DNA from: an uncultured Actinomycetes bacterium
GTDB taxonomy: Bacteria > Actinomycetota > Thermoleophilia > UBA2241
DNA length: 64,000 bases
Direction of reading: 5' to 3'
Assembly (NCBI GenBank): GCA_963709345.1
Contig: CAVPVX010000007.1
Span: 480,001 to 544,000 of the forward strand
Shown in pieces: positions 1 through 11,383 of this stretch. The notes beneath the pieces were generated by a model that had not been told where the DNA came from, did no database searches, and saw only the letters and a program-made list of their open reading frames with translations. Each line of letters begins with the position of its first letter. Position 1 is the first letter of the stretch. A program made the position numbers and the translations under genes.

Positions 1-2833
<2,833 letters not shown>

Positions 2834-2842
2834 CGCCCCGGC

Positions 2843-3136
2843 TCACGCCGCGTTGGCGCGGCGCCGCATCTCTCTCTTCTTGCGGCGCCTCAGCAGAGCG
2901 CTCACCAGGAAGCCGATGACGAAGCCGATGAGCAGCGTGATCACCAGCATCAGCCACGCCGGCCAGGTGAAGTCCCAGAAAAGGAATGAGAACTGCAGGT
3001 CCCGCGTGTTCTGCAGGATGAAGATCAGGATGATGATCGCGACCACGGCGGCGGCGATGAGCTTGCCGTACCCCTGTGAGGCCGGCCCCCTGTCGCGCTG
3101 CACCTGGATCTGCGGTGGATCCTGCGTCGAGCTCAT
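2843..3136 (-). CDS. LapA-like (DUF1049-type) small membrane protein
   Basis: 97 aa, two hydrophobic segments around FILQNT..FLFWDFTWPAWL, basic C-terminal tail. Confidence 0.8.
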   Translation of the reverse strand: MSSTQDPPQIQVQRDRGPASQGYGKLIAAAVVAIIILIFILQNTRDLQFSFLFWDFTWPAWLMLVITLLIGFVIGFLVSALLRRRKKREMRRRANAA

Positions 3137-3375
3137 GCGTACCCCCTCGTGTCCGTCGGGGACTTGGTTCGCCACGTCTGCGCTGTACCCTTGGCGCCGC
3201 GGATCCATGCCGTCGTGCCGCCGGCACACCGAGATACCCGTGGTGGGCTCCCGGGCGCCGGGATCCGTCGGCAGCGGCGCCCGCGCCCGGCGTGCGCGCG
3301 AGGGGCGGTAAGCCTCCCGGCTCCCCGCCCCTCGCCGCTGGCGCGGCGCCGGGCCTCGGAGGCCCGTCGCAGACG

Positions 3376-4660
3376 TCACTGCTTGGCGTAGGCCTCCAGA
3401 GCGTCGGCCACGGTCGCGAACACGGTGTCGATCTGGGCGTCGTCGATGACGAGCGGTGGCTGCACACGCAGCACGCTGCCGAAGTTGCCGCCGACACCGA
3501 TGAGCACGTTGTGGTCGAGGCAGTACTGGCGCACGAAGCCGGCGGCGGTGGTGCCGTAGGCCTTCGTCTTGGGATCGGCGATGAGCTCGACGCCGATCAT
3601 GAGGCCCTTGCCGCGCACGTCGCCGATCAGCGGCTGCGTCGTGGCCAGCTCCTCGAAGCGGCGCTTGAGCGCGGCGCCCTTGACTGCCGACGCCTCGATG
3701 ACGCCGTCCATCAGGAACTCGATGTTGGCGAGCGACGCGGCGCAGCTCACGGGGTTGCCGCCGAAGGTGCTCAGGTGGTCGCCGATCTGGAAGGCGTCGG
3801 CGATGTCCGGCTTGGCGATGAAGGCGCTGAGCGGCCAGCCGTCGGCGATACCCTTGGCCATCGTCATGATGTCGGGCACGACGCCGTAGTGCTCGATGGC
3901 GAACATCTTGCCGGTGCGTCCGAAGCCGCTCTGGACCTCGTCGGCGATGAAGAGGATGCCGTCCTCGTCGAGGAACTCCTTGACGCGCTTGAAGTAGTCG
4001 TCCGGCGGCACGATGATGCCGCCCTCGCCCATCACCGGCTCGGCGATGAAGGCGCAGACGGAGCCGGAGAGGTGCAGGCGGGCGATCTCGGCGACGCGGC
4101 GCGCACAGAGCAGGTCGCAGGTGTCCGGGGTCTTCTCGAAGGAGCAGCGGTAGCAGTAGGGCGTGGGCACGAAGGCGACGCCCGGCATGTAGGGGCCGCC
4201 GCCCTTTTTGCGGCCCGAGTTGCCGGTCACCGAGAGGGTCGCGTACGCAGCGGCCGTGGAAGCTCGACTCGATGGCGAGGAACTCGTTCTTGCCGGTCGC
4301 GCGCTTGGCGAGGCGGAAGGCGCCCTCGATGGCCTCGGCGCCGCCGTTGCCGAAGAAGCTCTTCTGCAGCGTGCCGGGGGTGATCTCTGCGAGCTTCTCG
4401 GCGAGCGCGCCGACCGACTCGACGTGGTAGACGTAGCTGCAGGCGTGGACGAGCTTCTCGGCCTGCGCCTTGGCGGCGTCCAGCACCTTCGTGTTGTGGT
4501 GCCCGGCGTTGGTGACGCTGATGCCGGCGAAGCAGTCGATGTACTCGGTGCCGTCGGCGTCGTAGAGGAGGGCGCCGTCGCCGCGGTCGGCGACCACCGG
4601 CTCCACGCGCTTGACGAACCCGGTCATGACGTAGTCGCGGTACTGTTCCTTCACGCCCAT
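3376..4660 (-). CDS. Class III PLP-dependent aminotransferase (GabT/ArgD-like), one frameshift near 4248
   Basis: YIDCFAGISVTNAGH, NGGAEAIEGA, SFHGR, AFIAEPVMGEGG, FIADEVQSGFGRTG, PLP lysine in MTMAKG, STFGGNP; removing one base at ~4248 joins the two ORFs. Confidence 0.9.
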
Positions 4661-4878
4661 GCTATCGACTCCCCTTCGGCGAACGCTTGGTTAATCACTT
4701 GATTGACTCGTGGCCACTAGGTTATCAGATGCGGGCCCGCGCGCGTGACGCATGCGCGCGACGCCGAGGCCAACGCACACCGCGACGGGCACGACGCGCG
4801 GGCCGACGGGGGCTTCGCCGTTCACCTGCGCGGACACACGAGGCACGGCTGCGCCGCGCCTCGCGGAGACGACAAACT

Positions 4879-4907
4879 GTGTCAAGCCCCCCCCCGACGG
4901 ATATAGT
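4879..4907 (+). promoter_or_regulatory. Putative sigma70-type promoter for the cheBR-kinase cluster
   Basis: GTGTCA (4879-4884), 17-nt spacer containing C9, TATAGT (4902-4907), about 50 nt upstream of the TTG start. Confidence 0.45.
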
Positions 4908-4954
4908 GCTGCAAGGAAGTCTGTAGTCGCAGCCTAGCGATCGGGGACAGGGCG

Positions 4955-7930
4955 TTGACGACCAGAAAGCGCAAGGGGACTTCGCGCAAAGACACTTCGC
5001 ATGAAGCTCCGTCGGCATCGGCGTTCCCCGTCGTCGGGATCGGCGCGTCCGCCGGCGGCCTCGCCGCCATCGAGGAGCTCCTCGCCGCCCTGCCGGCCGA
5101 CGAACCGCTCGGCATTGCCCTCGTGCTCGTGCAGCACCTGGACCCCGACCACAAGAGCCTGCTGCTCGATCTCGTGCAGAAGTACACGCACGTCGAGGTC
5201 GCATGGGCCGAGGACGGCATGGAGGTGCGCCCCGGCTGCGCCTACGTCATTCCGCCCAACAAGGACATGGCGCTCGAGGGCGGTCGGCTGCGCCTCGTGG
5301 AGCCCGAGGCGCCCCGCGGCATGCGCCTGCCCATCGACCACTTCTTCCGCTCGCTGGCCGCCGACCAGCACGAACGTGCGGTGTGCATCGTGCTCTCGGG
5401 CACCGGCAGTGACGGCACCCTGGGCGTGCGCGCCGTGAAGGGCGAGGGCGGCATGGCGATCGCCCAGACCCCCGAGTCGGCCGCCTACGACGGCATGCCG
5501 CGCAGCGCCATCGCCACCGGCCTCGTCGACTACGTGCTGCCTCCCGCCGAGATGCCCGAGCAACTCCTCGGCTACGTGGGCCGCGCCTTCGAGCAAGCGC
5601 CGCAGGCGGCTCGCGCCACGGCGCCCGACACCGCCGATCTTCTGCCCGAGGTGCTGCGCCTGCTGCGCGACCGCAGCGGCCACGACTTCACCCAGTACAA
5701 GGCCACCACCTTGCGCCGCCGCGTGGAGCGTCGCATGGCCGTGACGAGGATCGAGCGCATGGAGGACTATCTCGCCCTCCTGAAGCACGATTCACTCGAG
5801 GGCGAGACGCTGTTTCGCGAGCTCCTCATCGGCGTCACCAGCTTCTTTCGCGACGCGCCGGCCTTCGAGACGCTGGCCGCCGAGGTGCTCCCCGCGCTGA
5901 CCGCCGCAAGCTCCCCCGACGACCCCGTGCGCGTCTGGGTGCCCGGCTGCTCCACGGGCGAGGAGGCCTACTCGATCGCCATCCTCCTCCAGGAGCAGGC
6001 GGCGAGCTCACCGCGCAGCGTTCCCGCCCAGGTGTTCGCCACCGACATCGACACCGAGGCCATCGAACGGGCGCGCGCCGGCGTGTACCCGGCCAGCATC
6101 AGCGCCGACGTGTCGCCCGATCGGCTCGCACGCTTCTTCGTGCAGGACGGCGATACGTACCGTGTCGTCAAGACGGTGCGCGACTGCCTGGTGTTCGCCA
6201 AGTCAGGACGTCGACCAAGGATCCGCCCTTCTCCAGGGTCGATCTCATCAGCTGCCGCAACCTGCTCATCTACATGGACGGCGAGCTTGCAGCAACGGCT
6301 CATGCCGCTGTTCCACTACGCGCTCGACCCGGACGGCTACCTGTTCCTCGGCAGCTCGGAGACGATCGGCGACGCCGGCGACCTGTTCGCCCCGGTCGAC
6401 AAGAAGTGGAAGCTGTACAAGCGCCGCGCCGCCGTCACGCCACGGCGGCAACTGCTGACCTCCACGATGCCGCCGCCGGCGCCCACGCCGACGGCCGCCC
6501 GGCGCTCCCCAGGCCGCCGCTGCCGCCTGCGCGTCCGCGACCTGGCCGAGAAGACCCTGCTCGCCAAGCACACGCCCGCCTGCGCGGTGGTCAATGCCGA
6601 AGGCGATGTGCTCTACATCCACGGACACACCGGCCGCTACCTCGAGCCGCCACCGGGCGAGCCGAGCGGCAGCGTCCTCAAGATGGCTCGCGAGGGTCTG
6701 AAGCTCGAGCTCTCTTCCGGCGTGCGCAGGGTCCTTGCGAACAAGGAGGCGGTCCGGTACGAGCGCCTGCGCGTCACCAGCGACGGCGGCGTGTCCCTCG
6801 TCAATCTGATGATCGAACCCATGCCCGGACCGGACGCCGTCAAGGGCGTGCTGCTGATCCTGTTTGAAGACGTGCCAGAGGCCGACGAGACGGCTCGCGC
6901 ATCCGATCCGGAGCCCATCGCCGACCGCGAGCAGCGCATCGCCGACCTCGACCGCGAGCTCTCGGCCAAGGAGGAGTACCTGCGCACGACCGTCGAGGAG
7001 CTGGAGACCTCGAACGAGGAGCTCAAGTCGACCAACGAGGAGATGCAGTCCTCCAACGAGGAACTGCAGTCCACCAACGAGGAGCTGGAGACCTCCCGCG
7101 AGGAACTGCAGTCGATCAACGAAGAACTCGTGACCGTCAACAGCGAGTTGCAGCAGAAGATCGAGGAGCTCTCGCGCGCCAACGACGACATGAGCAACAT
7201 GTTCGCCGGCACCGGTATCGGCACGTTGTTCGTCGACCGGAAGCTCCGCATCCAGCGCTTCACCCCCGCCGTCACCGAGATCATGAACCTGATCGCCACG
7301 GACGTGGGCCGTCCTCTCGGCGACATCGCCGCACGCCTTTCCGGAGACACGGACGTGGTCGCCGCCGCGACCAGCGTGCTCGACACCCTGGACACCATCG
7401 AGATGCAGGTCGAGGCCAGTGACGGGCGCTTCTTCCAGATGCGCGTGCGTCCGTATCGCACCCTCGAGAACGTGATCGAGGGCGCGGTGCTCACGTTCGT
7501 CGACGTCACCGAGCAGCGCCTGCTCCAGATGCGGCTCGACGAGGCGGCCCGAGCCGCCGCCCAGGCCGGCGAGCTCGCCCAAAGCGTGCTCGACGCCGGG
7601 CAGGAGCCGCAACTCGTGCTCGACGCGGACCTCACCGTCGTCACCGCCAACAAGGCGTATCTGACGACCTTCGGAGAGGAGCCGGAGGCGGTGCTCGGCC
7701 GTTCGCTGAGCGAGCTCGGCGGCGGGGCGTGGGACCGGACCGGTCTTCTCGATCAGCTCCTGACGATCCTGCCCGAGAAGAGACGGCTCGACGGCTACAA
7801 GATCACCCTGGTCGAAGGCGCGATGGAGCCGTGCGCCGTGACGCTCAACGCACTCGAGCTTCTGCCCACGCCCGGCAAGCAGCGCCTCGTGCTGCTCGTG
7901 GTCACCGGCATCGACAGGATCGCCCCATGA
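4955..7930 (+). CDS. cheBR: CheB methylesterase / CheR methyltransferase fusion with coiled coil and PAS domains (compensating frameshifts around 6200-6290 and ~6480-6530)
   Basis: VVGIGASAGGL, VQHL, LSGTGSDG (CheB); LLIGVTSFFRD, RVWVPGCSTGEEAYS, FATDID (CheR); repeated NEELQS heptads; the canonical DPPFSRVDLISCRNLLIY lies in an adjacent frame. Confidence 0.93.
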   Translation: MTTRKRKGTSRKDTSHEAPSASAFPVVGIGASAGGLAAIEELLAALPADEPLGIALVLVQHLDPDHKSLLLDLVQKYTHVEVAWAEDGMEVRPGCAYVIPPNKDMALEGGRLRLVEPEAPRGMRLPIDHFFRSLAADQHERAVCIVLSGTGSDGTLGVRAVKGEGGMAIAQTPESAAYDGMPRSAIATGLVDYVLPPAEMPEQLLGYVGRAFEQAPQAARATAPDTADLLPEVLRLLRDRSGHDFTQYKATTLRRRVERRMAVTRIERMEDYLALLKHDSLEGETLFRELLIGVTSFFRDAPAFETLAAEVLPALTAASSPDDPVRVWVPGCSTGEEAYSIAILLQEQAASSPRSVPAQVFATDIDTEAIERARAGVYPASISADVSPDRLARFFVQDGDTYRVVKTVRDCLVFAKSGRRPRIRPSPGSISSAAATCSSTWTASLQQRLMPLFHYALDPDGYLFLGSSETIGDAGDLFAPVDKKWKLYKRRAAVTPRRQLLTSTMPPPAPTPTAARRSPGRRCRLRVRDLAEKTLLAKHTPACAVVNAEGDVLYIHGHTGRYLEPPPGEPSGSVLKMAREGLKLELSSGVRRVLANKEAVRYERLRVTSDGGVSLVNLMIEPMPGPDAVKGVLLILFEDVPEADETARASDPEPIADREQRIADLDRELSAKEEYLRTTVEELETSNEELKSTNEEMQSSNEELQSTNEELETSREELQSINEELVTVNSELQQKIEELSRANDDMSNMFAGTGIGTLFVDRKLRIQRFTPAVTEIMNLIATDVGRPLGDIAARLSGDTDVVAAATSVLDTLDTIEMQVEASDGRFFQMRVRPYRTLENVIEGAVLTFVDVTEQRLLQMRLDEAARAAAQAGELAQSVLDAGQEPQLVLDADLTVVTANKAYLTTFGEEPEAVLGRSLSELGGGAWDRTGLLDQLLTILPEKRRLDGYKITLVEGAMEPCAVTLNALELLPTPGKQRLVLLVVTGIDRIAP

Positions 7931-9288
7931 CCGACTCGAGACGACCGCGCACCAAGAATGACGTGCAGGACGCTGCCGACGAACTGCGCCGGCAGGCCGA
8001 GAAGCGCCTCGACGAACTCTCGACCGCCGTCGAGGCCGCGGACGTCCCCGAAGGCGTCGCCGAGGTCGTTCATGAGTTGCGCGTGCATCAGATCGAGCTC
8101 GAGATGCAGAACGAGGAGCTACGCCGCGCGCAGCTCGAGCTCGACGACCAGCGCCAGAAGTATTTCGAGCTCTTCGACCTCGCGCCGGTCGGCTACCTCA
8201 CCCTGAGCACTGAGGGCATCGTCGGCGACGCGAACTTCACCGCGGCACGGCTTCTGGGCGTGGAGCGAAGCCGGCTCGTCGGGCAGCCTTTCAGCCGCTT
8301 CATCGTCGCGCCGGACCAGGACGTCTACTACCGCCACATCAAGCGGTTCGACCAGACCGAGCAGCCGCAGACGTGCGAGCTGCGGCTGCGGCGCGCCGAA
8401 GACACGGCGAAAGGCGACGCGACTCCCCGCTCCTTCTGGGCGCACCTTGATGGTCATCCACGGCGCATCGCCGACGACGACGCGCTGTGGTGCTGGCTGA
8501 CCTTCTCCGACATCGACGAGCGCGTCGCGGCGGAGGAGGAGATCCGCCGCCTCAATGAGGTCCTCGAACTACGCGTCCTCGAACGCACCCGTGATCTCGA
8601 AGCGAGCAACCGGGAACTCGAGGCGTTCGTCTACTCGGCCGCGCACGACCTGCGGTCTCCGCTGCGCGCGATCGACGGGTTCAGCCAGATCGTCGTCGAG
8701 GACGCCTCCGAGCGCCTCAACGAGCCGGACAAGGAGAATCTCCAACGGGTACGCGTCGCCGCGGAGCGCATGGGCAAACTCATCGACCATCTGATCGAGC
8801 TGTCGCGGACCGCCCTTGGCGACATGCTGACCGGCGAAGTCGATCTCAGTGCGATGGCCACAGAGGTGCTCGCCGACCTTCAGAGCGCCGCGCCCGAGCG
8901 CTGCGTCGAGACCGTCGTCGAGCCAAGCCTGACGGTCACAGCCGACCCCGCGCTGTTGCAGGTCGTTCTCATGAACCTCCTCGGGAACGCGTGGAAGTTC
9001 ACGTCCAGGCACGGGACGGCGCGCATCGAGGTCGGCGCCGCCGACCTCGACGGAGAGCGCGTCTTCTACGTGCGCGACGACGGAGCCGGCTTCGAGGCCG
9101 GTAAGGCCGAGCACCTCTTCGACGCCTTCCAGCGTCTCCACACCGCCGATGAGTTCCCCGGTGACGGCATCGGCCTGGCCACCGTGAGGCGGCTCATCAC
9201 GAGGCACGGCGGCCGTGTCTGGGCCGAGGCTGAGGTCGAGAAGGGCGCCACCTTCTTCTTCACTTTGCCGGTCTCGGCCGGCGCCTGA
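7927..9288 (+). CDS. PAS-domain sensor histidine kinase
   Basis: ATG overlaps the cheBR stop (ATGA); HELRVHQIELEMQNEEL, PAS, H-box YSAAHDLRSPL, NLLGNAWKF, DDGAGF, GDGIGLA. Confidence 0.9.
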   Translation: MTDSRRPRTKNDVQDAADELRRQAEKRLDELSTAVEAADVPEGVAEVVHELRVHQIELEMQNEELRRAQLELDDQRQKYFELFDLAPVGYLTLSTEGIVGDANFTAARLLGVERSRLVGQPFSRFIVAPDQDVYYRHIKRFDQTEQPQTCELRLRRAEDTAKGDATPRSFWAHLDGHPRRIADDDALWCWLTFSDIDERVAAEEEIRRLNEVLELRVLERTRDLEASNRELEAFVYSAAHDLRSPLRAIDGFSQIVVEDASERLNEPDKENLQRVRVAAERMGKLIDHLIELSRTALGDMLTGEVDLSAMATEVLADLQSAAPERCVETVVEPSLTVTADPALLQVVLMNLLGNAWKFTSRHGTARIEVGAADLDGERVFYVRDDGAGFEAGKAEHLFDAFQRLHTADEFPGDGIGLATVRRLITRHGGRVWAEAEVEKGATFFFTLPVSAGA

Positions 9289-9385
9289 CTCTCGCCCAGC
9301 GGCACGCGACCGCCGCCGCGCCATCGGAGTATCATTGCGGCCGCAGGCGCCCGCCGAAGGGGCGGCGCCGCACCGAGGGAGTCGC

Positions 9386-11383
9386 TTGGACCACAGCGAC
9401 ACACCCAGCGTCGAGCAGCTCGCCGCCGAGCTCGAAGAGGCGCGGCGGCGCATCGCGGCGCTCGAATCCGCAACGGCCGAGCACGACTTCTCCCTCATGG
9501 CCGAGTGCATGATCGACGGGCTCTCGATGCTCGACGCAGAGGGCGTCCACCTTGACGTGAACCCGGCGCTCTGTGAGATGACGGGGTTCTCGCGCGAGGA
9601 ACTCGTCGGCACTGGACCCCCGCATCCGTACTGGCCACCGGAGGACTACGCGACGATCGAGGCGGACCTCTCCAAGACCCTGAGCGGCGACGCGGAGACC
9701 GTATCGCTGACCTTCATGCGCAAGAGCGGTGAGCGATTCCCGGTCCTCGTGACCCCTTCGGTGCTCCGGGATGCCTCGGGGGCGATGATCAGGGCATACG
9801 CGACAGTGAAGGACGTGACCCCCCAGCGCCGGGCGGAAGAGGCGCTGCGTAGCAGCGAGGAGCGCTTCGCGGCGCTGTTTCAACAGGCACCGCTGGGCTA
9901 CCAGTCACTCGACGAGGACGGCAGGTTCCTGGAGGTGAACTCAGCCTGGCTCGAGATGCTGGGCCATACGCGCGACGAGGTCATCGGCACGTGGTTCGGC
10001 GACTTCCTTGCGCCCGAGCAGGTCGACGCCTTCCGGGAGCGGTTCCCGGTCTTCAAGGCACGTGGACAGATCCGCACGGAGTTCCGCATGCTCCACAAAT
10101 CGGGTGAGGAGCGCACCATCGAGTTCGAGGGGCGAATCGGCCGCGACCCCGACGGCGGCTTCCGGCAGACCCACTGCATCCTCTCGGACGTCACGGAGAG
10201 AAAGCAGGCCGAGCAAGCGTTGCTCGAGAGCGACCGCATACGCACCACTGCCGAGCGGGTCGCGCGCGTCGGCAGCTGGAGGTGGGAGCTCGCCACAGAG
10301 AGAGTCACCTGGTCGCCCGGCATGTTCGGGCTCTTCGACGTCGACCCCGAGGAGTTCGATGGCGACTTCACCCCCGTCCTCGAGACGCGCGTCCACCCCG
10401 ACGACCGGGAGGCTTTGAGGCGGACCACCGCGACGGTGACCGAGTCCGGCGACCCGCTGCCCGTCGAGTACAGGATCGTGCACCGCGACGGGAGCATCCA
10501 CATCGTGCACGGTGAGGGCGCGGCGGAGCACGACGACGAGGGGCGGGTGACGGCGGTCACGGGGTACTACCAGGACGTCACCGAGCGGCGCCGCGCCGAG
10601 ACCGAGATCCGGCGCCTCAACTCCGAGCTCGAGGCACGGGTCGCCAGCCGCACCGAGCAGCTCGATGCCGCGACCCACGAACTCGAGGCATTCGCCTACT
10701 CCATCGCGCATGACGTGCGCGCCCCGCTGCGCGCCATCGACGGATTCAGCGCCATGCTGATGGAGGACGAGCAGGACCGGCTCAGCCCCGAGGGGATCGC
10801 CGAGCTGGGTCGCGTCCGCTCGGCGGCGCAGCACTTGGGACGCCTGCTCGACGAGCTGATGGGGCTCTCCAGCGTCTCGCGCCGCGACGTGCTGCGCCAG
10901 ACGGTCGACCTCAGCGCACTGGCCGGGAGGATCGGCGAGGAACTGAGGGCCGAGACGCCGTCGCGCACTGTCACGCTGAACGTGCAGCCGGGTCTCGTCA
11001 CCGAGGCCGACCCGGCGCTCCTGCGCCTCGTCCTGCGCGAGTTGCTCGGCAACGCCTGGAAGTTCACCGCCGGGCACGCGACGGCGCTGGTCGAGGTCGG
11101 CGCGCTCGACGCCGAAGACGACGATCGCCCGGCCTTCTTCGTGCGCGACGACGGCGCCGGCTTCGACATGCGCTACGCCGAGCACCTCTTCGGCCCCTTC
11201 CAGCGCATGCACCCGCGGGAGCAGTTCGAGGGCACCGGCATCGGTCTCGCCACCGTACAGCGCCTGGTGCGGCGCCACGGCGGTCGTGTCTGGGCCGAGG
11301 CCGAGACCGAGAAGGGCGCGACCTTCTACTTCACAGTGCCGCCGGCGACCGTACCGGCGAGAACGGAGACCGGCGATGGCTGA
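9386..11383 (+). CDS. Multi-PAS sensor histidine kinase
   Basis: TTG start after GAGGGA; three PAS/PAC repeats; H-box YSIAHDVRAPL, LLGNAWKF, GTGIGLA. Confidence 0.9.
   Translation: MDHSDTPSVEQLAAELEEARRRIAALESATAEHDFSLMAECMIDGLSMLDAEGVHLDVNPALCEMTGFSREELVGTGPPHPYWPPEDYATIEADLSKTLSGDAETVSLTFMRKSGERFPVLVTPSVLRDASGAMIRAYATVKDVTPQRRAEEALRSSEERFAALFQQAPLGYQSLDEDGRFLEVNSAWLEMLGHTRDEVIGTWFGDFLAPEQVDAFRERFPVFKARGQIRTEFRMLHKSGEERTIEFEGRIGRDPDGGFRQTHCILSDVTERKQAEQALLESDRIRTTAERVARVGSWRWELATERVTWSPGMFGLFDVDPEEFDGDFTPVLETRVHPDDREALRRTTATVTESGDPLPVEYRIVHRDGSIHIVHGEGAAEHDDEGRVTAVTGYYQDVTERRRAETEIRRLNSELEARVASRTEQLDAATHELEAFAYSIAHDVRAPLRAIDGFSAMLMEDEQDRLSPEGIAELGRVRSAAQHLGRLLDELMGLSSVSRRDVLRQTVDLSALAGRIGEELRAETPSRTVTLNVQPGLVTEADPALLRLVLRELLGNAWKFTAGHATALVEVGALDAEDDDRPAFFVRDDGAGFDMRYAEHLFGPFQRMHPREQFEGTGIGLATVQRLVRRHGGRVWAEAETEKGATFYFTVPPATVPARTETGDG

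Noticed and set aside
6990-7150. Repeated CCAACGAGGA units suggesting a repeat array
   Set aside because: They encode the NEEL heptad coiled coil typical of CheBR fusions; not CRISPR-like
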